From Chlamydiia bacterium (GTDB lineage Bacteria; Chlamydiota; Chlamydiia; Chlamydiales; Rhabdochlamydiaceae): a DNA stretch of 64,000 nucleotides. Under the pieces are notes generated by a model that saw nothing but the letters and a program-made list of their open reading frames with translations, ran no database searches and was not told the origin of the DNA. Shown here piece by piece: positions 9,853 to 19,491 of this stretch. Position numbers and translations under genes: made by a program. How positions within the stretch are numbered: position 1 is the first letter of the stretch; the number at the start of each line of letters is the position of its first letter. The stretch is taken from assembly GCA_963804085.1 (NCBI GenBank), contig CAWDOQ010000002.1, forward strand, positions 96,001 through 160,000, read 5' to 3'.

Positions 9853-10536
9853 TTAGGCCTGAAAATTTTCGGGGATCTCTTCGAAAGAGGTGAAGTGGAC
9901 AAACTTCTCTTTTGCTACGCGCTTCAGCTGCGGATGCCAAAGAGGACAGATCAGCACTCCCTTAACACCTGCGCCTTCCAGCGCAGTGAAACCGCGTATC
10001 GAATCTTCAAAGCCGATGATCCGATCTCCTTTTTTTCCGTACTTGGCAACCGCTTTTAGATAGCACTCCGGATCCGGCTTGGGGTGCGTGTAATCTTCGC
10101 GTGTGATCCAGTAGGGAATCGATTTAAGTTCGGGTAGCGCGCCTTTGATAAAGTCGATCTGCTCCCTGGTCGAGTTGGTGACAACGCACCGCTTAATCTG
10201 CGCTTTTTCTAAACTCTTTAAAAGTTTATCCACACCCGGCATCAACTTTAAATTGCCGCCTTGCAAAATCTGCATGTAGGCTGCCTTCTTTTCTGCGTAG
10301 AGCACCTCCCAGCGCGGCTCCTCCTGCTTCAGCTTCGGAAACTGGACATAGATCGCAGCGCGCAGCGCCGTCGAATCAAAGTGCGCCTCACCAAAAAATC
10401 GATCCAAGCTCCAGTTAAGATCATACCCGCGTCCTTTGCACATCGCCTTGTAAGCAGCAAAGTGCAGCTCCTCAGTGTTGACGAGCAACCCATCAAAATC
10501 AAAAAGAAAAAGCTGAAAGTTATTAATCCAAGACAT
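9853..10536 (-). CDS. HAD family phosphatase
   Basis: FDFDGLLVNTE, VTNS, KPDP, FEDS motifs. Confidence 0.92.
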   Translation of the reverse strand: MSWINNFQLFLFDFDGLLVNTEELHFAAYKAMCKGRGYDLNWSLDRFFGEAHFDSTALRAAIYVQFPKLKQEEPRWEVLYAEKKAAYMQILQGGNLKLMPGVDKLLKSLEKAQIKRCVVTNSTREQIDFIKGALPELKSIPYWITREDYTHPKPDPECYLKAVAKYGKKGDRIIGFEDSIRGFTALEGAGVKGVLICPLWHPQLKRVAKEKFVHFTSFEEIPENFQA

Positions 10537-10864
10537 CTTGTGACTTTTGGTGAGCTAGAGATGGAAGGGGACTTGGAGAGGCGATCTCTTTTTTGAAATA
10601 TGACAACATGAAATCTAAGATATCACGCTTTGCTCCATCACCCAGGACAACCATTTTCATGACCTCACGAAAATGGTTGTCTATCAGTTGCTTAGAGTTA
10701 AGACACGCCATTTTGGCTTTTGCAATAACAGCAAGAAAGTTGTCCCAACTAGTGTATTCAAAAAGTCTTTGCAGGTCTCTGGCCATCCAGTATTCGACAT
10801 CTTGGTCGACATGGACAGTCTCTTCAAAGGTTTGAGACAATCTCTGAATGACTACTTTTTTCAT
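10523..10864 (-). pseudogene. Truncated DinD-like (DNA-damage-inducible) gene next to tRNA-Leu
   Basis: VEYWMARDLQ..Y..WDNF..VI.KAK.AC..S...NHF..DFML matches the DinD N-terminus; similarity stops abruptly near 10600. Confidence 0.7.
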
Positions 10865-10888
10865 GCAAAACCTTCCACACTATCAAAA

Positions 10889-10972
10889 TGCCGATGACTG
10901 GAATCGAACCAGCACTCTATTGCTAGAAACAGATTTTGAATCTGCCGCGTCTACCAATTCCGCCACATCGGC
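10889..10972 (-). tRNA. tRNA-Leu(CAA)
   Basis: Cloverleaf, anticodon arm GCAGA-TTCAAAA-TCTGT, long variable arm, GGTTCGATTCC T-arm. Confidence 0.95.
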
Positions 10973-11018
10973 ATGAGGGAAAAGAATAACGCAAAAGAGT
11001 GAAAAAGAGCAAGCTAGG

Positions 11019-11684
11019 TTAGTATTTGTTTATTCTGACTACTTCCACAGCATCTTGTAAGACTTTCTCGAAAAGACACAGGGACTTGTCTTCCGAATCG
11101 AGGACAAGCAAAGCCTGTTTGAGGCACTCGATTTTTTTAAACCCTTTCCAAAGCTCTACTGCCTGCTCAGCCTCATTTTGATTCATCTTATGGTTCCGAA
11201 CAAAAAACTGCGCCATCTGTTGATCGCTTATTTGGAGATTTAACGAAAGATAGAATCTTCGCACATTGATATCGTACACGTGATCATAAGCGCCACTAGA
11301 AGTGTGATAGGTCGTCAAAAATAGAGTCTCGATCTTTTTGAGAAGAGAGGGGTGAGGAAAAGCCTCCCAAAGATAGAGTAGTGCTGCCAACTCTCGTGTC
11401 AGATTTTTTACTTCGAACTTCACTTTGTAATTTGAATAGCACTCATATACTTCTCTTTCGATATACAAAAACTCTCTGTGATTCCGAAAGTCAAACGCAT
11501 AATCGGCAACAATACCCACTAAAGAAGGAGGAAGCCCGCAAGTCTGATTAGGAGTGTCACCGAAAAGGCCGGCAAACAGCGCATAGGCGTAATTGTACAC
11601 TCTCTTCCAGAGCTCTACCACGCAATCTACAAGACAACACATATACGCTGTCGCTGCTCTATCTACAGAAGTTATTGTGGTCAT
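11019..11684 (-). CDS. Tandem paralog 5 of conserved-leader, F-box-like family
   Basis: VDRAA..Y.CCLVDCVVELWKRVYNYAYALFAGLFG; LPPSLVGIVADYAF. Confidence 0.75.
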   Translation of the reverse strand: MTTITSVDRAATAYMCCLVDCVVELWKRVYNYAYALFAGLFGDTPNQTCGLPPSLVGIVADYAFDFRNHREFLYIEREVYECYSNYKVKFEVKNLTRELAALLYLWEAFPHPSLLKKIETLFLTTYHTSSGAYDHVYDINVRRFYLSLNLQISDQQMAQFFVRNHKMNQNEAEQAVELWKGFKKIECLKQALLVLDSEDKSLCLFEKVLQDAVEVVRINKY

Positions 11685-12373
11685 CAGCCATTTGCCCTTT
11701 TTATAAGAGTGTTGGCTTTTGTTTTGGTGATTTGAACATATTTCGAGGGAAACTTCTCTCCGTCTTTTACGCGTTCAAACGTATCCCATATCGCAGGGAT
11801 CTTCTTAATCGTTTGCCAATCGTGTATCGCTTGTGGAAACTCTTCTAACGTGATCTCTAAACCCTTGGCAAACTCTGCTTGCCGCTCATTCAAAAAAGTT
11901 GGATCGCCCATACGTATGAACACCCAGGAGAGATCAGTGGCCTGCATATAATCAGGACCCGCTTCCTCTGGAGGCATGTAGTAATAACTTAAAACAACCT
12001 CCTCAATCTTACTGAGCACACGAGGAGCATCAAAACAATCGGCAACCCCCTTTATGGAAATAAATGCTTTTCTAAGCAGATCTGCTTTCAAATCGAAGAT
12101 ATATTGAACCTGAAGACCATTCGTTTTTAGCTCTTTTGTTACATACAAAAAATCTTCGTACTGCTTGGGCATAAGAAGATAGTCACAAATAAGCATGGTA
12201 ATACCCGAAGGCAAAACAACGGGCTCAGACGCAGGGGCGCCAAACAGATAAGCAAAAAGAGCGCAGGCGTAGTCATACACTCTCTTCCAGAGATCTGCTA
12301 TGCAATCTACAAGAGAGCATATGTACCCTGCTGGCGCTGCTCTATCTACAGAAGTGATCGCGGTTGTTGTCAT
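11684..12373 (-). CDS. Tandem paralog 4
   Basis: Same leader; LPSGITMLICDYLLMPKQYEDFLYVTKE; its stop overlaps the next start (TGATG). Confidence 0.75.
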   Translation of the reverse strand: MTTTAITSVDRAAPAGYICSLVDCIADLWKRVYDYACALFAYLFGAPASEPVVLPSGITMLICDYLLMPKQYEDFLYVTKELKTNGLQVQYIFDLKADLLRKAFISIKGVADCFDAPRVLSKIEEVVLSYYYMPPEEAGPDYMQATDLSWVFIRMGDPTFLNERQAEFAKGLEITLEEFPQAIHDWQTIKKIPAIWDTFERVKDGEKFPSKYVQITKTKANTLIKRANG

Positions 12374-12378
12374 AAATG

Positions 12379-13161
12379 TTAGGCCTTTTTAACGAGAAGC
12401 GTTGCTTGAGGAACTCTAATCGTTTGGCGCTCACTTCTTCTATTGACATCTAGCTCAATTTTAAGTTGTGGGAGAACTATCAACTCTTTTAAGGCAGCTA
12501 CTATCTGCTCCGCCTCCGGCACCGTTACCTTCCAGAGATTTGCAAGCAGAGGAAAAAAGACGTCAGATTCCGAGGTGACATGCAGCGCGCTCATATGCTC
12601 ATTTCTCCCCTCAATAAACTGGTAAAGATCTCGCATCCCGGCAAACATCTTTTTCCATCCACATTCACCTTCGTTTTCGCCTAATTCGAGATAGTAGTTT
12701 CTGCGAAAGACCGCTACAACTTTATCCATTAACTGCGGGGCATCAAAGCAGTCTGCTAGACGCTTAAGCGTGATAAGTCTTGCTACAAGAGGCGGCGCCT
12801 GAAAATGCAGCTCATAAATACGCTCTTGCACGGTATATCGATGTCCTGCCTTGTTACCTCGAGAAAAGGGTCCAGGAGGCATCGGGCGGCTCAATCCCTC
12901 TTTGGTCGCTTGAACGATGTGCAAGATCTCCGTATGATTTTCGGCATCAAACACATATTCAGAAATCAGAGCCGCAATAGATGCAGGCAGACGCACAGCC
13001 TCGCGCGCAGGCTCAGGCGCAGGCGAGCCAAACAGATAAGCAAAAAGCGCACACGCGTAGTCGTACACCCTCTTCCAGAGATCTGCTATGCAATCTAGAA
13101 GGCAGGACGCGTACCCAGCTACTACCGCTGATCTGTCTACAGCAGTGAGTGATGTTGTCAT
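12379..13161 (-). CDS. Tandem paralog 3
   Basis: Same leader; LPASIAALISEYVF; ADCFDAP motif. Confidence 0.75.
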   Translation of the reverse strand: MTTSLTAVDRSAVVAGYASCLLDCIADLWKRVYDYACALFAYLFGSPAPEPAREAVRLPASIAALISEYVFDAENHTEILHIVQATKEGLSRPMPPGPFSRGNKAGHRYTVQERIYELHFQAPPLVARLITLKRLADCFDAPQLMDKVVAVFRRNYYLELGENEGECGWKKMFAGMRDLYQFIEGRNEHMSALHVTSESDVFFPLLANLWKVTVPEAEQIVAALKELIVLPQLKIELDVNRRSERQTIRVPQATLLVKKA

Positions 13162-13868
13162 TAAAATCTTCCTATTTTGCGAATTTCTAGCTGATCCGTA
13201 GATACATTTACATGCTTAAAAAATGATTTCGGAACTGATTTGGTTGGATCAAAAAGTGGCTGTATCGTGGGGATTTTTCTAATCTCTTCCAAAGCGCGCA
13301 TCACTTCGGGCCCATCTTCTCGACTTAAGCCTAGTTGTTGAACAACAGCTTGCTTGCGTGCTTCGGGATCCAAGCTAGGAAAAATTTGTTCTGGGATATC
13401 CATATAGATATAAACTCCTCTGCCGATGTTGTTGGAGTGATATTGATCGAGGTGCCAAGCGTCTTCTGGATGAGGAAGCTCATAATTGGTGCCGAACACC
13501 TCTTCAATTTTACTTAGCAAGTGGGGAGCATCAAAACAATCTGCAACTCCCTTCACATACAAGAGTGCTTCCGCGAGCTCTTTAACTTTAAATTCGATCT
13601 TATAAGTCGTCTGCCAAGTTACTGCATCTCTTGTGATATACAAAAACTCCCTGTGCTGCTCGGGCATAAAAATGTAATCTGAAATGAGTGTCGTAATGGG
13701 CGGAGGTAAAACCACAGGTTCAGGTGTAGATGGACCAAACAGATAAGCAAAAAGCGCACATGCGTAGTCGTACACCCTCTTCCAGAGGTCAGCTATGCAA
13801 TCTAGAAGACAAGATGTGTACCCAGCGGTTACAGCAGCTCGATCTACTGACGTGAGTGATGTTGTCAT
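13161..13868 (-). CDS. Tandem paralog 2
   Basis: Same leader; LPPPITTLISDYIF; TAATG overlaps at both ends. Confidence 0.75.
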   Translation of the reverse strand: MTTSLTSVDRAAVTAGYTSCLLDCIADLWKRVYDYACALFAYLFGPSTPEPVVLPPPITTLISDYIFMPEQHREFLYITRDAVTWQTTYKIEFKVKELAEALLYVKGVADCFDAPHLLSKIEEVFGTNYELPHPEDAWHLDQYHSNNIGRGVYIYMDIPEQIFPSLDPEARKQAVVQQLGLSREDGPEVMRALEEIRKIPTIQPLFDPTKSVPKSFFKHVNVSTDQLEIRKIGRF

Positions 13869-14566
13869 TAAACCCTTCCTATTCTGCGAATTTCAAGCTG
13901 ATCCATTGATATATTTATACGCTTAAGGAATGATTTCGGAACCGGATTGGTTTGATTAAAGAGTGCCTGTATTATGGGGGTTTTTCTAATCTCTTCCAAA
14001 GAGCGCATCACTTCGGGCCCATCTTCTTCACTTAAGCCAAGTTGTGTAAGAACCTGCCATGAACGTGCTTCGGAACACATGTGAAGGAAAACTTTTTCTG
14101 GATGATCCATATACATATAAACTCCTTCGGCGATGTTGTTGGAGTTGTATTGATAGGATTGTAAAGCATCTTTTGGACGAGAAAGTTCGTAATGTGTGCG
14201 GAACACCTCTTCAATTTTACTTAGCAAGTGGGGAGCATCAAAACAATCTGCAACTCCCTTCACACACAGGAGTGCTTGCGCCAGCTCTTTGACTTTAAAT
14301 TCAATCTTAAAAATCGCCCGAAGCATATATGCATCTCTTGTGATATACAAAAATTCCCTGTGCTGGGCAGGCATAAAAAGGTAGTCAGAAATGAGTGTAA
14401 TAATAGGGGGAGGCAAAACAACAGGCTCCGGCACAGGAGCGCTGAACAGATAAGCGAAAAGCGCGCACGCGTAGTCGTACACCCTCTTCCAGAGATCTGC
14501 TATGCAGTCTAGAAGGCAGTTTGCGTATCTTAGCGATGCTGACTTGTCTACAGCCTGTATTGACAT
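13868..14566 (-). CDS. Tandem paralog 1
   Basis: Same leader; LPPPIITLISDYLF; closest to paralog 2; AAGGGTGG RBS before ATG 14566. Confidence 0.75.
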   Translation of the reverse strand: MSIQAVDKSASLRYANCLLDCIADLWKRVYDYACALFAYLFSAPVPEPVVLPPPIITLISDYLFMPAQHREFLYITRDAYMLRAIFKIEFKVKELAQALLCVKGVADCFDAPHLLSKIEEVFRTHYELSRPKDALQSYQYNSNNIAEGVYMYMDHPEKVFLHMCSEARSWQVLTQLGLSEEDGPEVMRSLEEIRKTPIIQALFNQTNPVPKSFLKRINISMDQLEIRRIGRV

Positions 14567-14639
14567 AAAAACCACCCTTTATTTTAAAAAGCGATTAATT
14601 TTAACAATTAATCTCATTTAATAAAATATAGTTAAAATT

Positions 14640-15503
14640 TTAGTAACGCTTGTAGCCCTTGAAGGCTTTAGGCCAGGTATAGACAACTTTTTCATTGAGC
14701 GCACGGTCGTGGCGCACCTGGAGAGAGATGTAGGGATAAGGGTGGCTGTTATCAAAGTCTCTACCCTCGCCTTTGGCGTAGAGCTGGATGGTTACCTCTT
14801 TGTTGTACCAGGGGGTGATGGCAGTTTTGGCATCGCTTTTGTCATACCTTTCAAACTGCTGGTACTCTTGCTTGCCGCGGTAAAGAGCGGTCTCTTTGTA
14901 GTAGCTTTGAAGTAGCGCTACGACCTCCTCGGGCCTCTCCTCCATCCCTTGCACATAAAAATCGACTTCGGCGCCGATCATGTGTTTGGAGGTCTGACCG
15001 GCTGGCATTGGGTCGGCATACTTGTTATGTACGGGACATCTATGGCCACAGGTGATCACCACCTTCTTGTTTGTCTTTGTCTGTACGTAGTTAAGTAGCT
15101 CGATTAAGATGGGATAGACGAACTCTTTGTCTTGCAAAAGAGGAAGGCTATGCTTTTCGCCGCCCCCGCAGTCGTAATCATACTCCCCCTTTTCGCTACC
15201 CTCTTGAAAATGAGGCGGGTTGGAGCTGCTTCCCTTGCAGCGGAAGTATTCGCGTGAGATCTTGGGGAGCTGGCCTGAGTAGCTGCCCTCCCAAGGGTAC
15301 TTCTGCCTTTCGCGAATCTGGGGGGGCGCATAGGCAAATTGCCTCTCATTTGCATGGCGAAAGACAAACTCCCCTTTTGCGTTTTGAGCGCGGATCTTTT
15401 CTTGCTCGGATTGCTCAAGGCCTGAGCAGCCGGTAAGTCCAAGAAAAAAAACCATAGACAGACACTTAGCAAAACATATAATCCGGCTTGGGGGTAGTAG
15501 CAT
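14640..15503 (-). CDS. Lipoprotein with peptidase M15A-like domain (CT465-like)
   Basis: LGLTGC lipobox, ITCGHRCPVHN and SKHMIGAEVDF; synteny. True start may be downstream. Confidence 0.75.
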   Translation of the reverse strand: MLLPPSRIICFAKCLSMVFFLGLTGCSGLEQSEQEKIRAQNAKGEFVFRHANERQFAYAPPQIRERQKYPWEGSYSGQLPKISREYFRCKGSSSNPPHFQEGSEKGEYDYDCGGGEKHSLPLLQDKEFVYPILIELLNYVQTKTNKKVVITCGHRCPVHNKYADPMPAGQTSKHMIGAEVDFYVQGMEERPEEVVALLQSYYKETALYRGKQEYQQFERYDKSDAKTAITPWYNKEVTIQLYAKGEGRDFDNSHPYPYISLQVRHDRALNEKVVYTWPKAFKGYKRY

Positions 15504-16371
15504 GTCCGACTCCGTTCGTCTTAAGTCCTTAGCAGATTCGGTTGGTAAAAGCCAATCTCTTCAGCAGGGCATTAGCCACTTGGGAGAGGCTTTTTCTCTT
15601 TTCTCTCAAGAAACAGCACGTCTGCAAGAAGCGTACACAAGGCTACAAGAGCAATTTAAAGCGGTCAATACGGAAATGCAACGGCTACAGAAGCAGGCGC
15701 TTCTTGCCGACCGGATGAAGGAGCTGGGCGAGATGGCCGCCTCTGTCGCTCACGAAATACGCAATCCGTTGGGCGGCATCCAGGGCTACGCCTCTTTGCT
15801 CTACCGCGATTTAGCGGAGCTTCCCGCCAAACAGAAGATGGTAGAACCGATCCTAGAGGGAGCAAAAGCACTCAGCCGTCTGGTAGAGCGCGTGCTAGAC
15901 TATTCGAAGCCTCTTGAAATGCATCTTGTCTCGACAGATCTGGGAGCCTTTGTGCAGGAGGTTATCCATCTAATCCAGGTCGATCCTTGCTTGCCTCCCA
16001 ATATCGAAATTGAGAAGGATCTGTTAGAAAAGCCTCTCTTTGTGCCGCTGGATGGCGCGCTGATGCGCTCGGCTCTACTCAACCTACTCTACAATGCGAT
16101 CCAAGCGATGCCCTCCGGCGGAACGCTCTCTCTTGCAATTAGCAAGACAAAAGATAGAGCGCAGATCGCCATCTCGGATACCGGCGTGGGGATCCTGCCC
16201 GAGCATTTAGAAAAGATCTTCTCCCCCTTTTTTACGACAAAAGAGAAAGGGACAGGCCTTGGACTTTCAGAAACATACAAGATTGTGCAATTGCATTTTG
16301 GAACACTAGAAGTACGATCAGCGCCGGGTAAGGGTTCCACCTTTACTCTTCACCTACCACTTGTGAGATAA
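15502..16371 (+). CDS. atoS: Sensor histidine kinase CtcB/AtoS
   Basis: H-box AHEIRNPL, N-box NLLYNA, DTGVG, FSPFFTTK, GTGLGL. Confidence 0.9.
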   Translation: MSDSVRLKSLADSVGKSQSLQQGISHLGEAFSLFSQETARLQEAYTRLQEQFKAVNTEMQRLQKQALLADRMKELGEMAASVAHEIRNPLGGIQGYASLLYRDLAELPAKQKMVEPILEGAKALSRLVERVLDYSKPLEMHLVSTDLGAFVQEVIHLIQVDPCLPPNIEIEKDLLEKPLFVPLDGALMRSALLNLLYNAIQAMPSGGTLSLAISKTKDRAQIAISDTGVGILPEHLEKIFSPFFTTKEKGTGLGLSETYKIVQLHFGTLEVRSAPGKGSTFTLHLPLVR

Positions 16372-16375
16372 ACAT

Positions 16376-17734
16376 ATGCCCATTGAAAAAGTATTAATTG
16401 TCGACGACGAGCCCTTGATGCGCAGCTTCCTAGTAGAGACACTTCAGAGAAAGCAGCTTGAAGTCGTCTTTGCAGAAAACGGAAAAAAAGGGCTGGAGCT
16501 TTTGAAAAAGAGCTCTTTTGATCTTTTGATCAGCGATATCCGCATGCCGGAGCTTTCGGGAATCGATCTGTTAAAAGTCGCCAAAGAGATCAACCCGCAG
16601 ATGATCGTGATCCTGACGACCGCTTACGCGACGATCGAAAATGCGGTTGAGGCTATGCGGCTCGGCGCCTTTAACTACCTGTTAAAACCTTTTGCTCCCG
16701 AGACAATAGAGGCGCTCATCGAAAAAGCCGAAGAGCAGATGGCGCTCATCCAAGAAAACGACTTTTTGCGCCAAGAGATCTCGCAACAGAGCATCTCAAA
16801 AAAGCATCATATCATCGCAGAAAGCCCCATCATGAAAAAGATTCTGCGAGATGTGGCCAAGATCGCCAAGAGTAGTGCCAGTGTGTTTATCAGCGGCGAG
16901 TCGGGCACAGGCAAAGAGGTGATTGCACAGGCGATCCACTTCTCTTCCCCTCGCAAAAACTGCCCCTTCATCAAAGTAAACTGCGCGGCTATCCCCGAAT
17001 CGCTCATCGAGTCGGAGTTCTTCGGCCATGAAAAGGGTGCCTTTACGGGCGCCATTCAAAAGAGGATCGGGCGTTTTGAGCTGGCAGACAAGGGGACGCT
17101 TCTTTTAGATGAGATCTCCGAAGTGCCGTTAAGCGTGCAGTCCAAGCTACTCCGCGCAGTTCAAGAGCAGGAGTTTGAACGAGTCGGTGGAACCAAGCCG
17201 CTGCATGTCGATATTCGCTTCATCTCGACATCAAATCGGCAGATGAAAGAGGCTATCGACCAGAAGCTCTTTCGCGAAGATCTCTACTACCGACTAAACG
17301 TCGTCCCGATCAAACTGCCACCGCTGCGCGAAAGAAAAGAGGATATCCTACCGCTCGCTGCCTACTTCTTGCAGCGTCTATCTCTAGAGAATGAAAAAGC
17401 ACCCAAACAGCTGAGTTTAGATGCGCAAAAAATGCTCACCGACTACTCCTGGCCGGGCAACATCCGCGAGCTTGCCAACGTGATCGAGCGTGCAGTGGTG
17501 ATGAATAGCTCCGGCACACTAACTGCCGACGAGCTATCGCTTGATGGAGCAAGCTGCCCCGTAAAACTGAACCCGCAGCCCACACCCTACAAGCAGATTA
17601 CTCTGGAAGAAATAGAGAAGCAGCACATCCTAGAGACACTGGCCCTATGCAACCAGAACCGCACCCGAGCAGCTACCCTGCTCGGCATCAGCATCCGCAC
17701 GCTCCGCAACAAACTCAACACCTACAAAACTTGA
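16376..17734 (+). CDS. atoC: Sigma-54-dependent response regulator CtcC/AtoC
   Basis: Receiver domain, GESGTGKE, GAFTGA, WPGNIREL, Fis-type HTH. Confidence 0.95.
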   Translation: MPIEKVLIVDDEPLMRSFLVETLQRKQLEVVFAENGKKGLELLKKSSFDLLISDIRMPELSGIDLLKVAKEINPQMIVILTTAYATIENAVEAMRLGAFNYLLKPFAPETIEALIEKAEEQMALIQENDFLRQEISQQSISKKHHIIAESPIMKKILRDVAKIAKSSASVFISGESGTGKEVIAQAIHFSSPRKNCPFIKVNCAAIPESLIESEFFGHEKGAFTGAIQKRIGRFELADKGTLLLDEISEVPLSVQSKLLRAVQEQEFERVGGTKPLHVDIRFISTSNRQMKEAIDQKLFREDLYYRLNVVPIKLPPLRERKEDILPLAAYFLQRLSLENEKAPKQLSLDAQKMLTDYSWPGNIRELANVIERAVVMNSSGTLTADELSLDGASCPVKLNPQPTPYKQITLEEIEKQHILETLALCNQNRTRAATLLGISIRTLRNKLNTYKT

Positions 17735-17736
17735 CC

Positions 17737-19059
17737 TCAAAAAAATTGAGGGAAACGCGAAATCAAGTAGAGAGGATAGTTATAGATATTACCATCTTGT
17801 TTGAGGTTCATCAAAGTTGTACGTGAAAGGTGAGAGGGTGAGTATTTCTCGCCATAAACGAGAAGGCTCTTTTTTTTCTGGCTATTGCCTGCTTTCACTT
17901 CCAAAGGATAAATCTGATGATCTCCTTCAACGAGAAAGTCAACTTCTGCAGTCCCTGGGCTAGCCCAATAATAGAGTTCTCGCTGTTTGGCAGCTTTGAG
18001 TTGTTGTGCAACGAAATTTTCAGCTAAAGCTCCTTTAAATTCAGTAAATAGCAAATTCCCTTCGATCACAGTTTGGGGAGATAAATTGCTTTGGGCACCA
18101 AGCAACCCGACATCAATTAGAAAGAGTTTGAATGTTTGGGTATCTGCATAAGCGCTTAAGGGAAATTTGGGAGTCTCTACAAAATAGGATTTGTAAATCA
18201 AACCTGCATCTAAAAGCCATTGGATGGCTTCCTCATAATCTCTACCGCGTGCGCTTTTGCGAATAGCTGCAAAAATGAATTTCTTATTTTCCTTTGCGAG
18301 CTGCCGATGAATCTGTTTCCAGACGATCGAAATTTTCATCAGCTCATGAGCGGGTGCATGCTTAGCAAAATCTCTTTCGTAGGCGTTTAAGATCTCTAAT
18401 TGGATCTCTCTTACAACATTTAAGCTGCCCTCCTTTGCATATTGTGCAACAGCTTCTGGCATTCCACCCACGAATAGATAGAACTTTAATAACTGGATCA
18501 GTTTTTCATGTAAGGGGAGGGGAATAGGTTCAATTGAAGAACGCTCCTCCAAAAAAGTTCTGGTTTTTTCATGATTTGTAGCAGATAGGAATTCGAAAAA
18601 ACTTAAAGGAAAGAGATGCAGAAAATTGACTTTGCCAACAGGGAAGCCCTTCTCTTTTGCAGTTTTCACTCCAAGAAGAGATCCCGCAGCAACTACATGA
18701 TATTCGCTTGCTTCTTCGCAAAAGTATTTAAGGCTGTTCAGTGCTTTGGGGCATTCTTGTATTTCATCAAAGATCAGGAGAGTGTTTTTAGCATCGATCT
18801 CGACTTCCGTATGAATGCTGAGTGTTTTGAGAATTTCTTTTGGGTCCAAAGTCTCATCAAAATACCGCGCTAGTTTTTCATCTTTTTCAAAGTTCAAATA
18901 GGCGACCTTTTCATAAGAAGAGACACCAAAATGTTTTAGAGCATAAGTTTTGCCAACTTGTCTCGCCCCATTCAGGATCAAAGGTTTTCGACGGGATGAG
19001 GCTTTCCACTCCTCTAAATGTCGGTAGATATCTCTCTTCATATTTTCATACTGACTCAT
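17737..19059 (-). CDS. AAA+ ATPase with DUF4143 and PD-(D/E)xK-like C-terminus
   Basis: GARQVGKT Walker A, FDEIQ Walker B, GGMPE, DVGL, ENFV, EVDF..LEVK. Confidence 0.9.
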   Translation of the reverse strand: MSQYENMKRDIYRHLEEWKASSRRKPLILNGARQVGKTYALKHFGVSSYEKVAYLNFEKDEKLARYFDETLDPKEILKTLSIHTEVEIDAKNTLLIFDEIQECPKALNSLKYFCEEASEYHVVAAGSLLGVKTAKEKGFPVGKVNFLHLFPLSFFEFLSATNHEKTRTFLEERSSIEPIPLPLHEKLIQLLKFYLFVGGMPEAVAQYAKEGSLNVVREIQLEILNAYERDFAKHAPAHELMKISIVWKQIHRQLAKENKKFIFAAIRKSARGRDYEEAIQWLLDAGLIYKSYFVETPKFPLSAYADTQTFKLFLIDVGLLGAQSNLSPQTVIEGNLLFTEFKGALAENFVAQQLKAAKQRELYYWASPGTAEVDFLVEGDHQIYPLEVKAGNSQKKKSLLVYGEKYSPSHLSRTTLMNLKQDGNIYNYPLYLISRFPQFF

Positions 19060-19088
19060 AAGGTTGAATAAATCAAGGATTCCTTAGG

Positions 19089-19146
19089 AAAACGTGGTTA
19101 GCTTACACGTTTTTCCATCGAAAAACGTGGTTAGCTTACACGTTTT
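19089..19146. promoter_or_regulatory. Two identical 25-bp palindromic boxes at 33-bp period upstream of the AAA gene
   Basis: AAAACGTGGTTAGCTTACACGTTTT at 19089 and 19122. Confidence 0.75.
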
Positions 19147-19224
19147 ATTAGGGAATGTTATATTTAAGTACTTGTATTACAGCGAGTTAAGTTATTGTGA
19201 GCGGAGAAGTAATAGTTTGCCGGT

Positions 19225-19301
19225 ACCGCACGCGAGCAGCCGCCCTACTCGGCATCAGCATCCGCACCCTGCGCAACAAACTCAACACCTACAAATCTTG
19301 A
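19225..19301 (+). repeat. Diverged duplicate of the last 77 bp of atoC
   Basis: 70/77 identical to 17658-17734, including the stop codon. Confidence 0.95.
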
Positions 19302-19322
19302 GCCAGCGACTTTCTTCTCCTT

Positions 19323-19351
19323 TCGCGCCCGAGCCCGCGTGCGCACCCGAT
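19323..19351. repeat. Half copy of hexamer-armed palindrome
   Basis: TCGCGCCCGAGCCCGCGTGCGCACCCGAT, left arm only. Confidence 0.75.
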
Positions 19352-19491
19352 ATCTAATTTCAGTCGGTTATATTTTGTAACCGACTCACCGGCCTCTTTA
19401 TCAGCAACTTGCGATAACTATGCAGTTTTTGTCTGCACAGTATTGCATAGTAAATTGCACAGCTGCGCTATCAGGGCTTCCAAAGGATAGA

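Noticed and set aside
11019-14566. Diversity-generating retroelement or shufflon behind the paralog arrays
   Set aside because: No reverse transcriptase, template repeat, adenine-specific variation or recombinase visible.
19089-19146. Possible mini-CRISPR array
   Set aside because: Only two repeats with an 8-bp gap and no cas genes; fits operator boxes better.
19094-19357. 87-aa ORF
   Set aside because: Spans operator boxes, the atoC duplicate out of frame and a half repeat; spurious.
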